64,000 nucleotides of DNA from an uncultured Poribacteria bacterium (GTDB taxonomy: Bacteria; Poribacteria; WGA-4E; WGA-3G): NCBI GenBank assembly GCA_951813565.1, contig OX638351.1:4512001-4576000 (forward strand), read 5' to 3'. This document shows positions 30,047 through 39,881 of this stretch, one piece after another. A program made the translations under genes and the position numbers. The notes under the pieces are model-generated. The model did not search any database. It was not told the origin of the DNA and saw only the letters and a list, made by a program, of their open reading frames with translations. Within the stretch, counting starts at the first letter, position 1. The number at the start of each line of letters is the position of its first letter.

Positions 30047-30822
30047 CGACAAATTTGTTTCATACAATTTCTGAATTAACACAGACCCGCTTAGCCAAGG
30101 CAGGCATCAGTCTACGTTTTGGAGGCGTAAGCAAAGCACCTTACACTTCACTTAATTTAGCTTCCCATGTAGGAGATAACCCCGCAGCGGTTTCCCAAAA
30201 TCAGCGAATCTTCTCCGCCCAAAGCGGTATTCATGAACTTAAATATTGCCGCCAAATTCATAGCGATTCTGTATTAAACGCAGATGTTGTTAAAACCTCA
30301 TTTTGGAACGGTGAAAACCAAAACGTTCCTGAAAAAACAGGAGATGCCTTGATTTCAGCGCAGCAAGGTGATGCTCTTGGTGTTTTTACTGCAGATTGCG
30401 TCCCAATTTTCATTTTGGATACAGCAACACCCGCTATCGGTATGGTGCATGCTGGATGGCGCGGCACCTTGGCACGAATCGCTGCCAAAACACTTGCACA
30501 AATGAAAGCGAGTTTCGGGACGATTACAAAAAATTGTCTAATCCATTTAGGAACTTCCATTCAACAGTGTTGTTACACCGTAAGTTCAGATATGATTTCT
30601 CAGTTTGTAATACATTTTGGTAGTGCCGTCCACAATGGACTAAATCTGAGTTTGCAGACAGCCAACTTTTGTCAATTAGTTGAAGCTGGCATAACACCCG
30701 AATCAATTTCAATATCTCCTTTTTGTACTGCCTGTTGTACAGATAAGTTTTATTCATATCGGGCAGAGGGTGAACAAACAGGAAGGATGCTCTCTTTTTT
30801 ACAACTCACAGATACAAATTAA
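30043..30822 (+). CDS. pgeF: Peptidoglycan editing factor PgeF/YfiH
   Basis: SLNLASHVGD, QIHS, TADCVPI, HAGWRG and FYSYR. Confidence 0.92.
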   Translation: MTTNLFHTISELTQTRLAKAGISLRFGGVSKAPYTSLNLASHVGDNPAAVSQNQRIFSAQSGIHELKYCRQIHSDSVLNADVVKTSFWNGENQNVPEKTGDALISAQQGDALGVFTADCVPIFILDTATPAIGMVHAGWRGTLARIAAKTLAQMKASFGTITKNCLIHLGTSIQQCCYTVSSDMISQFVIHFGSAVHNGLNLSLQTANFCQLVEAGITPESISISPFCTACCTDKFYSYRAEGEQTGRMLSFLQLTDTN

Positions 30823-30953
30823 AGAGAAGCATCTGACTGTGTGGAAGTTCGTAGGTTGGGTAGAGCGCAAAGCGATACCATAAATCAACGCTGTGAATGC
30901 CACAAAGCGCATTTGGCGTTGATCCGCCCTACAAGTGATTTATGAAATAATTT

Positions 30954-32147
30954 CTACTTGTTTATCACCGCTTCATAAACGTCAAGCAACTTTTTTCCAA
31001 TATTACGCCAATCGTAATCTTGTTCTACACGCGCGCGGCCGTTTTCTCCAATCTTGCGACGTAGTGACGAATCTGTAAGCAACTGGGTGACTGCTTCTGC
31101 AAAGAGTTTCGGTTCATCAGCAATAAATATTTCTTCCCCATCTCGGAGAGCCAGACCTTCAGCGCCAACTGTGGTAGAGACAACTGCTTTCCCCATTGCC
31201 AATGCTTCAAGAATTTTCAGGCGCGTTCCACTCCCAATGCGTAAGGGGACGACAAAAACCGTCGCCTCCGAGAAGTAAGGCTTGATCTCAGGGACACGTC
31301 CAGTAACAACAACCTTTTCCCTTTCTGCTAATCTTTGGACACGCGTCGATGGATTCCCCCCAACAATGGAAAATTTGACATCTGGCACCTTGTCCTGAAT
31401 CTGCGGCAACACCTTTTCAACAAAGAATGAAACTGCATCTTCATTCGGATACCAATCCATGCTGCCGATATAGATTAAATGCGCTGGTGCTTCAGAGGAA
31501 AAATTCGGGTGATAATGCGTAATATCCACACCGTTAGGAATTACCTTTACAACGTTTTTTCTACAGTGTTCTTGAAAAACGGCGGCATCAATATCAGACG
31601 TACACGTAACAGCGTCAAACTTGGGACTTATCACCCGCTCATACCTTTGAAATGCAAGTTGTTGAGTCCAATACGCACACTTGTAGAACAGATTAGAAGT
31701 TTCACCCTTTAACCTTCGCCAGATAGCGGAATCAACGTTTTGTTGTGAAAGCACACGGGGTAGGTCTGTTTCCGAATAAAATTGCGCAGTATGAAACATC
31801 TCATAGTGAACAAGATCAAAGGTTTCTGCTGATAACAACTCTTTTAATTTTTCGCGATAAACAGGAACGTTGTAACGTGCGACAGTGATAGGTTGTCTTT
31901 TGAAAAACGATGAGAAGAGCGTGCTAAGTGATACGCGTGGAAGTGTTGACGAATTTAGGACAAGGTGAACCCTTATACCTAAGTCTTGAATGTGTGTGAT
32001 ACTATCAGCATCCGTCGGTTGTGTTTCTAAAGCAAGTAGTGTCACATCATTTTTTTGTGCGATCTGTTTGAGAAGGTTAAATACACGGATACGCCCACCG
32101 TCTGTGAGGGGATAGGGCACGGTAGGAGACAAGAAGAGAATTTTCAT
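30954..32147 (-). CDS. Glycosyltransferase family 4
   Basis: PYPLTDGGRIR, IPNGVD and GTRLKILEALAMG. Confidence 0.93.
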   Translation of the reverse strand: MKILFLSPTVPYPLTDGGRIRVFNLLKQIAQKNDVTLLALETQPTDADSITHIQDLGIRVHLVLNSSTLPRVSLSTLFSSFFKRQPITVARYNVPVYREKLKELLSAETFDLVHYEMFHTAQFYSETDLPRVLSQQNVDSAIWRRLKGETSNLFYKCAYWTQQLAFQRYERVISPKFDAVTCTSDIDAAVFQEHCRKNVVKVIPNGVDITHYHPNFSSEAPAHLIYIGSMDWYPNEDAVSFFVEKVLPQIQDKVPDVKFSIVGGNPSTRVQRLAEREKVVVTGRVPEIKPYFSEATVFVVPLRIGSGTRLKILEALAMGKAVVSTTVGAEGLALRDGEEIFIADEPKLFAEAVTQLLTDSSLRRKIGENGRARVEQDYDWRNIGKKLLDVYEAVINK

Positions 32148-32238
32148 GTTTTATAACAGCATACTGCTAACTTACAAACCGTTGTTTCTTGTTAATGAAA
32201 TGTTTAGCCAATGTGAAAAGAAATATATTGTAGCGCTA

Positions 32239-33342
32239 TTAGGGAAGTTCAGCATTTGGGGTTTGATCAGGTTGTTCGGAAATCCTTACTTTTTCTTTCA
32301 ATTTCTCAATTAATGTAACCAGCTTTTCTTTCAGTTGTTGACGAGAACTGAGTGTTGGCTGCGGCGGCAAGAAAATAGTACCGCGTTCACGCTGTACCCA
32401 TCCCTTGATATTATCATCAACTTGGACGAGAAGCCATTTGCTTTCAAGATCAAGATAAACATTCAACAGTCCATCCTCATTTTGGATGTAGTATTTTTGG
32501 GTCCCATCAGTAACTCGCCAATTGACATCATTTTCATCAGGAATCAATTTAGCATTTCGCGATAACGGAATTTTCTTAATCACAAATCCCTCGCGCAAGT
32601 CTTCAGAAAAGTATCCTTCGGTTAATGCAGTCATGGCTGCTAAATCAGTCTTAAACAGAAACGTCTGAATAGGATACTTAGATTGTTGATATATATTCAA
32701 TTGTTTGTTGCCATTTCTAATTTCATAAGTCTGTCGAGACTGATTATCCTTGATCAACCACTGTTTTCCTTTTGTTTCTACGGAGAGTTCTACATCTGCA
32801 GAGAGTGTGGTCCTATTAGTGTTAAATGCTTCTTGTAAATTGGGTAGATAGATGTCAAGCGCATCTCCATTTCTTTCAACGCTAAAACCTGCCCCAGTGC
32901 TATCCTTAAGGAGCCAATTTCTACCGCTAAGTAGTACCTTAATTGTTGATGAACGCGACCTTAATTTAATTTCTGTGCCTGAATCTGCGAACATTTTCTG
33001 CCAATTAAATACGGTTTTTAATTCCTTGTCCAATACTTCAGAACTAAACCTCGACCGTTGTCCCAGTGCCACACTAAACAGCAATTCATTTGAAAGTTGA
33101 GCACTGTTTAAATTACTAATATACTTTTTGTCAATACTAAAACGGTAGACATCTTTTGTGTATGCAATTGGTTTTGAGTTAACAGTAGGTCTACCGCGTA
33201 TGGCTGTACGCGTGTGTACTTGCAACTTCGGTGGATCTGGCTGTGCAACTGGCGGTGCTTGTAGAATATAAACACAGAAGCAGAAACCGATGATTATGAC
33301 TATAAATAAGAATAAACTTAGGAATTTTAGAGATGATTTCAT
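32239..33342 (-). CDS. Membrane-anchored hypothetical protein with a split SH3b-like domain and internal repeats
   Basis: N-terminal TM, then IRGRPTVNSKPI ... WLLVQVDDNIKGWV with three W-x-x-x-D repeats in between. Confidence 0.6.
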   Translation of the reverse strand: MKSSLKFLSLFLFIVIIIGFCFCVYILQAPPVAQPDPPKLQVHTRTAIRGRPTVNSKPIAYTKDVYRFSIDKKYISNLNSAQLSNELLFSVALGQRSRFSSEVLDKELKTVFNWQKMFADSGTEIKLRSRSSTIKVLLSGRNWLLKDSTGAGFSVERNGDALDIYLPNLQEAFNTNRTTLSADVELSVETKGKQWLIKDNQSRQTYEIRNGNKQLNIYQQSKYPIQTFLFKTDLAAMTALTEGYFSEDLREGFVIKKIPLSRNAKLIPDENDVNWRVTDGTQKYYIQNEDGLLNVYLDLESKWLLVQVDDNIKGWVQRERGTIFLPPQPTLSSRQQLKEKLVTLIEKLKEKVRISEQPDQTPNAELP

Positions 33343-33521
33343 AACTATTATGTAAAAACTAACCAAATTTGAGGATACTATTACTTTTTAAACCGATATT
33401 AGCAAAATTTAGTTGACATTAAATTATCCTCAGCACACAATTATTGCTATTATGTTCCATTCACTTATGACTTCTCACTCAATCATCCTATTACGTTATA
33501 GTTTACACATACCAGAAAAAT

Positions 33522-34814
33522 ATGCAAGATTTAAATCCGTTAGCAATTGAACTAAATGAACAGATTCGCGCTGCCTCGCCAGAAGTTTACACGTTACTCT
33601 CAGAATTAGGAAAACGTATTTATTTTCCAAAAGGCATCTTAAGCCAAAGTGCAGAGGCGAATGAAAAAGCTGATCGTTTTAATGCGACACGCGCAGTCGC
33701 ATTGAAAGATAATGAGATAATGCACTTAGGTGTTTCACGTCAATTAGTCTCTGAACTTTCTCCTGAAACCATTTATAACTATGCCTCCGTCCTCGGTGAT
33801 ACAGAATTACGGCAGGCATGGAAAACACATCTTCAAAAAGCAAATCCACTACTTGCAGAAACAACGCTTAGTCTCCCGATTGTAACAAGTGGGATGACGC
33901 ACGGCTTCAGTCTAATCGCGGCTCTCTTTGTCAATAGGGATGACACACTCGTTCTTCCAGACAAAATTTGGGGAAATTATCGACTCATTTTTCAGACTAA
34001 AGCGGGTGCTAATATCCAAACCTACCCACTCTTCAGCACTGATAAGCATTTTAACATCAGTGGATTTAGAAAAACACTCTCTGAGACAACTACCGACAAG
34101 TTGTTGATTCTGCTGAATTTTCCGCACAATCCAACTGGATACGCTATTACGCGTACTGAAGCACAAAAGATAATAGAAGGAATTGTGGCATGTGCTGATA
34201 CCGGATGCTGCATCCTTGTGATGGTTGATGATGCCTACGCAGGCTTATGGTATGACGCAGAGGTAATGCAAGAATCCTTATTCGGTATGTTAGTTGGATG
34301 CCACCCGAACGTTGTCCCAGTGAAGATAGACGGTGCAACCAAAGAAGAATATGCGTGGGGTTTACGTGTCGGGTTTTTGACTTTCGGGTTTCCAGAAAAG
34401 TTGATGCCAGCGATTGAAGGAAAGTTAAGCGGACTAATCCGCGCAAATACCTCAGGTGTGGCGAAGATTTCTCAAACGCTTGTTCTTGAAGCGATGAAGG
34501 CACCAGATTATGCCGAACAAAAACAACTTAACTATGAGATTCTCAGGGCACGAGCAGTAAAAGTAAAACAAGTTACTACTGATGCGCGGTATGCGAATCT
34601 ATGGGAAGTTTATCCAAGCCACGCAGGTTATTTTATATGTTTATGTCTCAAGTCTGGGAATGCTGAAAAGGTGCGGCAAACGCTACTCAATGAATATGGC
34701 ATTGGAACAATTGCCCTTAGCAACACCGAATTGCGGGTGGCATATTCATGTCTTGAAGAAGCCGATATTGAGGATGTATTCAGTGTAATTGCACAGGTTA
34801 TCCAATCGCAATAA
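33522..34814 (+). CDS. Class I/II PLP aminotransferase
   Basis: NFPHNPTGY, DDAY and DGATKE..WGLRVGF. Confidence 0.92.
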   Translation: MQDLNPLAIELNEQIRAASPEVYTLLSELGKRIYFPKGILSQSAEANEKADRFNATRAVALKDNEIMHLGVSRQLVSELSPETIYNYASVLGDTELRQAWKTHLQKANPLLAETTLSLPIVTSGMTHGFSLIAALFVNRDDTLVLPDKIWGNYRLIFQTKAGANIQTYPLFSTDKHFNISGFRKTLSETTTDKLLILLNFPHNPTGYAITRTEAQKIIEGIVACADTGCCILVMVDDAYAGLWYDAEVMQESLFGMLVGCHPNVVPVKIDGATKEEYAWGLRVGFLTFGFPEKLMPAIEGKLSGLIRANTSGVAKISQTLVLEAMKAPDYAEQKQLNYEILRARAVKVKQVTTDARYANLWEVYPSHAGYFICLCLKSGNAEKVRQTLLNEYGIGTIALSNTELRVAYSCLEEADIEDVFSVIAQVIQSQ

Positions 34815-34881
34815 TAGATGTGAAAAAATAGTCGTAAAATTATTGTGTTTAGGGAACGGTACGAACACCGTTCCCTATATT

Positions 34882-35601
34882 ATAACTCAAGTTGCTACCT
34901 ACAAGATAATTGACATAAAAAACACCTTTTTAATCGGATAGTTCACTATTAGCATAGATTTTGTAGCACGGGGAATGCCATTAAGGCATTCATACCGTTG
35001 ATAGCACTTTCAGTTTGCGCCCTTATGACACAAACTAAAAGTTTGTGCTACATAGGTAGCAACTTAGGTTATTATAGTGAAATCTAAAATTACTTGGACA
35101 GTTCTTTATAGGTTTGCTACGTTTATAGTAAAATCCAATAATATGTTCACATTTCAATGAACAGCAATTCCCACACGCATGCGCTGGCGAGGTTTCCTAA
35201 CCTCGCCAATGTAAAGGTAATTGTGAATTTTACTATAATGTGAATGCCATACGGGGAATGCCAAAAGGCATTCGGACCCGGTGAATGACTAATACCAAAT
35301 TAACGAGAATTGCATTGTTTTCATTGCCGATGGTAAGGGCGGGCACAGAGACCCGCCCCTACGATTTAGGGTAATTTGGTATAAAGACGAATGCGCTTTT
35401 GGCATTCGCCATGATTCATACCGTTGATTTCTTGATTTGGCGCATTCACCAAGCGCAATTCATTGCGCCTCTTCTTGTGAATCAACGCCAAATACGCGTT
35501 TGGTGTTTGTCGGGAGCGACCTCCAGGTCGCGACTTTAAAACTGTAGAACACTTTGTCCGTGCCGAGTGACAATGTCCAGTTAATTGTAAAATCCACTAT
35601 A
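34882..35601. repeat. Intergenic cluster of adjacent and nested MITEs and REP hairpins
   Basis: IR pairs at 34882/35072 (ataactcaagttgctaccta), 35073/35601 (tatagtg..ggaca), 35124/35237 and 35292/35382 (ataccaaatta). Confidence 0.8.
35124..35237 (+). mobile_element. 114-bp MITE family A, copy 2
   Basis: Near-identical to 7909-8022. Confidence 0.85.
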
Positions 35602-35605
35602 AATT

Positions 35606-36238
35606 TTATCGCGCAGCCTTTAATGCACCCCACGTAGTTGTGACTTTCCCGCCGGGTTCTACGGGGAGTTGACCGATGGTATAACGGAAATAGATATCGT
35701 CTTCTGCGTCGTTTGGACCACACCAAACCCAATTCGCTGTACAATCAGGGTCTTTCAGGATATTACGCATAGCAGCTGCCCCACCGCCCCAGATACCACC
35801 TCCGAATTTATCCATAATTTCAAGTTCATTTTCCCATTTACTATCGTCAAAATCCACTTTTTCCCAACCATCATTTCGCTGACCGATAGGTTTTCCAGCC
35901 TCACAACGCCAACCTTCTTCACCTGTGCCGATGTATTCAGGTTTATCATCAAGAATAATGTCAGCAAGGAAACCGCCTCTGCCAGCAGCACCAGGTTCAG
36001 CATCGTGTACATAGATTGCAATCACAGCAAAACCTTTATCCAGTTCAAATTCATCTACAGTGGGTTGATTCCAATGAATGTGTGCATTCACCCTTTCACC
36101 GTTGATAAAAATAGTCCAAGTATTATCACCACTAACACGCAACGTGCCCTTTTTAGGAACAGCATTCACGGTTTGTGTTAAAATTATACTGCCTATCAAC
36201 AGTATGAGTGGTAGACAAAATAAAAATCGTTTGTTCAT
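35606..36238 (-). CDS. Secreted beta-sandwich/lectin-like protein with a C-terminal WGxLK motif
   Basis: Signal peptide, SGDNTWTIFING, W..VDFDDSKW and an LPVEPGGKVTTTWGALK end. Confidence 0.75.
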   Translation of the reverse strand: MNKRFLFCLPLILLIGSIILTQTVNAVPKKGTLRVSGDNTWTIFINGERVNAHIHWNQPTVDEFELDKGFAVIAIYVHDAEPGAAGRGGFLADIILDDKPEYIGTGEEGWRCEAGKPIGQRNDGWEKVDFDDSKWENELEIMDKFGGGIWGGGAAAMRNILKDPDCTANWVWCGPNDAEDDIYFRYTIGQLPVEPGGKVTTTWGALKAAR

Positions 36239-36525
36239 AAAAAACCTCCATTTTATGTATTTGGTATTGAACAAATTTAAATCCGTTCAACCAAAGTATC
36301 AATTTTGGGATATATTATACCAATTCTAAAAAAAAAATAAAATCACATTTATGAGATTTTAGAACTCATACGAATGTGGATGTCCGAGGCGCAATGAATT
36401 GCGCGACTACGAACACGTTTTCTGTTAATAAGAAGTGATTATTCAGATATGGTATTAAATTCCATCTTTACGATAAAACAACGGATTGTAAATTGTCATA
36501 ACCGTTGCTTCCTGACACCTCAACT

Positions 36526-37302
36526 TCAAAATAGCGATGGAAAATGCCGATACGGATCTGCCGGTTCACGAAACAGTATCTTTTGCCGTTCTGTTAATTC
36601 AATACCCCTCGGTTGTGCTACGCGTCGGGATGTCCACGCCATGTGTGAGACACAATATTTATACAAAAGTGATCGCCGCTGATGTTTTCCATTCCATGCG
36701 GCAGTACCGTGTGTCAGTGCCTCAGAAAACAAAATCGCTGAACCAGCAGGAGCGTTTGGAAGAGTGACACAAGGTGCTTGTTCTGGCGCTGCAGCAATCT
36801 CGTGTGGTAATCTATAATTGCTTTTATGGCTGCCGGGAATACAACAAAATCCACCATATTCGGGACCGGTATCTGCCAGATTCCATGTTACCACCACGAA
36901 TCCGTTAGTAATTTCGGTATCTCGAAATGCATAATATTCTCCCTGCTTCGCGTTTGAAGTAGGTGAAGAAGCGCCGTAGTCCGCATGTAGTCCACCTCTC
37001 GGCATTCCTTCGCGCATATACATGCCATAGATACGGTCAAGTCGAAAGCAGTCGCCTAATCGAAAACGGAGAATATCCATTATCTTCGGATTGTCAAGTA
37101 AATCACAAAACGATTTTCCCCACTGTAAAAAGCCTGCACCGTCCGGTGCACTTCCAAATCTTTGGACCTTTCCAGGTACAGGGAGTTCTTGCTCGTCAAT
37201 TCGTTGATTAAGTTCTGCCACCTCTTCAGAATCCAAGACATCCTCAATGACTAAATAGCCTTGCACGTCGAAGAGGTACTGCTGTGTCTGTAGGTCGCTC
37301 AT
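36526..37302 (-). CDS. PhyH family dioxygenase (canonical HxD...H)
   Basis: FDVQGY, LHAD, IPGSHK, EALTHG and RR. Confidence 0.9.
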   Translation of the reverse strand: MSDLQTQQYLFDVQGYLVIEDVLDSEEVAELNQRIDEQELPVPGKVQRFGSAPDGAGFLQWGKSFCDLLDNPKIMDILRFRLGDCFRLDRIYGMYMREGMPRGGLHADYGASSPTSNAKQGEYYAFRDTEITNGFVVVTWNLADTGPEYGGFCCIPGSHKSNYRLPHEIAAAPEQAPCVTLPNAPAGSAILFSEALTHGTAAWNGKHQRRSLLYKYCVSHMAWTSRRVAQPRGIELTERQKILFREPADPYRHFPSLF

Positions 37303-37351
37303 GAACTAACCTTCCTGTTTTATAGAATATGCTGATCCTATGTTGAAAATT

Positions 37352-38248
37352 CTACTGTGCATTATCAGTAAGTGCTAATTGTCCGGCAAGGTCTGTGATG
37401 AACTGAAATGCGACTCGACCAGAACGCCCACTGGATGATGCTTCCCACTCCAATGCTGCACGGTGTAATTCCTCTGTCGGTATAGTAATTCCTCGTTTTT
37501 GGGCATAATGCGAAACGATTTGTAAATAAGTCTGCTGCGAAATTCGGTAGAAAGCGAGTCGTAACCCAAAACGGTCGCTTAGCGATACTTTTTCCTCTGT
37601 TGCCTCGCGTGGGTAGAGTTCATCTTCTTCGTTTTGCGGATACTGGTTTTCACTGACCTGTCGAGGCATCAGATGCCGGCGATTAGAAGTTGCATAGATA
37701 AGCATGTTGTCTGGACATTCGGAAATTCCACCTTCCAACACTGCTTTCAATTCACGATATTCAGGTTCGTCTTCGCTAAAAGCAAGGTCATCACAGAAAA
37801 GGAGATAACGTTCCGGACGTTCCCACACTAATTCTGATATTTCCTGTAAATGGATAAATCCCTCTTTACTTATACCGATTAACCGAAGACCGTCGTGAGC
37901 ATAACGGTTCAACATCGCTTTAACCAAAGAAGATTTACCAGTGCCACGGTCACCCCATAGGAGTGCATGATTAGTGGGTAATCCTTGTAGAAACTGCCGC
38001 GTGTTTCTATCCAACGCCTCACATTGTGTGTCTATTCCAATTAAATCAACTGTATCAACAAGATGTGGATGTTTAACAGGAACAATCTGCGCTGTTCCGT
38101 TTTGTTGTCGCCACCGAAATGCTATATAATCGTCGAGTACCTCATTTGATGATTGTACCGCGGGCATTTGCAACCGTGTCAATAAACTATCGGCTTTCTC
38201 AAGCAATTGGCTAAAAAGTTCTTCTTGCTTATGCGTTTTTTCAGACAT
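37352..38248 (-). CDS. DUF815 family AAA+ ATPase
   Basis: WGDRGTGKSSLVK, FCDDL, YATSNRRHL and EEKVSLSDRFG. Confidence 0.93.
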   Translation of the reverse strand: MSEKTHKQEELFSQLLEKADSLLTRLQMPAVQSSNEVLDDYIAFRWRQQNGTAQIVPVKHPHLVDTVDLIGIDTQCEALDRNTRQFLQGLPTNHALLWGDRGTGKSSLVKAMLNRYAHDGLRLIGISKEGFIHLQEISELVWERPERYLLFCDDLAFSEDEPEYRELKAVLEGGISECPDNMLIYATSNRRHLMPRQVSENQYPQNEEDELYPREATEEKVSLSDRFGLRLAFYRISQQTYLQIVSHYAQKRGITIPTEELHRAALEWEASSSGRSGRVAFQFITDLAGQLALTDNAQ

Positions 38249-38376
38249 TTTAGAGCGTGTACGTAATACTTTTTACAAAATCCAATGAGGGCATCTAATA
38301 CTGAATAGTCTACTCTTATTTATCAAGAATGTCAACCAATTTTGCTGTCCGTAAATTGGGTAAAGTTTGCGAAACC

Positions 38377-38508
38377 CATAGATCTAATTTTTCCTTCTTC
38401 TTGTAGGAGCGACCTCCTGGTCGCGACCAGGAGGTCGCTCCTACAGAAGACATCGGGCGGACAAAGCCCTCCCACAAGAGGATCTATCGCTAAATTGACA
38501 CCTATGGG
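38377..38508. mobile_element. CCATA...TATGG family MITE with a 44-bp perfect REP palindrome
   Basis: Ends ccatagat.. / ttgacacctatgg, with the palindrome at 38402-38445. Confidence 0.65.
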
Positions 38509-38628
38509 TAGTGTTTGCGAAAATCAACAAATGCCATAAGCGCATTTGGCAATGAATTGTGCGACTACAAACCACCAACCCAAAGAAAATGTCTACTTAT
38601 TTTTATAATTTATCATAAATATGCAATT

Positions 38629-39432
38629 TTATTGCCCAAAATTTTTCAATTGACCCCAGGTAATCGCTAATTTTCCTGTTGAATCAACAGAAAGCGGACC
38701 CTCAAACTTCAGCAAACCAAGATTTGCTGAATCGTCCGGATTCAGACCGTGCCAATCCATAAACACAAGATCCCCCTTCTTTTCAAGATCATCCGTGCCT
38801 TCCTCATACCCGGGTGTAAACCCGACTTCGGATCCTTGTTCTATTTTCACTTTTGTTAGCCATGCAAACGGCATTGCTACTTCGTAAATCATGCCGCCCT
38901 TTCCTAATTCAGGTGTTGGAACAATGGCAATATCAGAATTAGGAAGATCTGCATTTTTCACAGCACTGTAGTCAGTAACACGTGCTTTATTATTGATACG
39001 TGCAAAGTTGGGTTTACATGCAGGTTGTCCGGCTCCTATTTTTTCCCAATCAATATACAAGAAAATTGTATCACCTTTCCACGACTCAGCGGGATTTGCC
39101 GCTGGTGTAAACTCATCATCTCGGACTGCTGCAGCAAAATAGAAATTCTTTTCATCATACATTGTTGACCATGTCATTGTAAGATCGTCTTTTCCTTGCC
39201 ATGTGCCTTTACCACGTAGTAGTTCCTTCTCTGAATCGAAGGCTACCCAGACAGCGTATCTCCAATCGTCAAGTTTTCCATCAATTTTTGGCGTACTCGG
39301 TGGGATACCGGCAATCGATTCTCCATATTTCAGTCCGAACGCGTCACTGTTTTCCTCTGGAAGGAAATCTCCCCTCACTGAAAAGACAAAGAGAACACAT
39401 AAGATGGTAGATAGCATTGCTGATTTGATCAT
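38629..39432 (-). CDS. Secreted CBM9/DOMON-like sugar-binding protein with a C-terminal WGxLK motif
   Basis: PKIDGKLDDW, YDEKNFYFAAAVRDD, YEVAMPF and an LSVDSTGKLAITWGQLK end. Confidence 0.8.
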   Translation of the reverse strand: MIKSAMLSTILCVLFVFSVRGDFLPEENSDAFGLKYGESIAGIPPSTPKIDGKLDDWRYAVWVAFDSEKELLRGKGTWQGKDDLTMTWSTMYDEKNFYFAAAVRDDEFTPAANPAESWKGDTIFLYIDWEKIGAGQPACKPNFARINNKARVTDYSAVKNADLPNSDIAIVPTPELGKGGMIYEVAMPFAWLTKVKIEQGSEVGFTPGYEEGTDDLEKKGDLVFMDWHGLNPDDSANLGLLKFEGPLSVDSTGKLAITWGQLKNFGQ

Positions 39433-39463
39433 CTTTTTACTCCTTGGGTGTAGAAATTCTTTT

Positions 39464-39661
39464 CTACGACTTATTATCAGAATTGTTGAATATCCGTCTC
39501 AACCATTCTTCAAGGTGTACATCGTTAGAAGCCTCTCTCAAAAGCCACATTCCACCTAATCTAATACCCCATGCAATAGTAATCGCGAGAATCACAGTAA
39601 AAAATAAGGTTGGTACCAGGTATTGTAGTGCTCCTCTAATGAATATTTCTAATGTGGACAT
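39464..39661 (-). CDS. Small membrane protein
   Basis: 65 aa with one or two hydrophobic segments. AAGGAG lies upstream. Confidence 0.5.
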   Translation of the reverse strand: MSTLEIFIRGALQYLVPTLFFTVILAITIAWGIRLGGMWLLREASNDVHLEEWLRRIFNNSDNKS

Positions 39662-39881
39662 TAATATGCTCCTTATGTATAAACTTAGCAGAATAATTCA
39701 CTACATTTTACCTATTCACTCTATATCTGTCAAACAAAATACGTAACTACAGAGCCATTCAATTTTCAGTTTGAATGCAGGAAGTGTGAAACAACACCTC
39801 AAAAGACGTTAAAAAGAGGCGCAATGAATTGCGCGACTACAAACGCGCGTTGTTTTAATGAAATCAATGATTTAGGAACGA

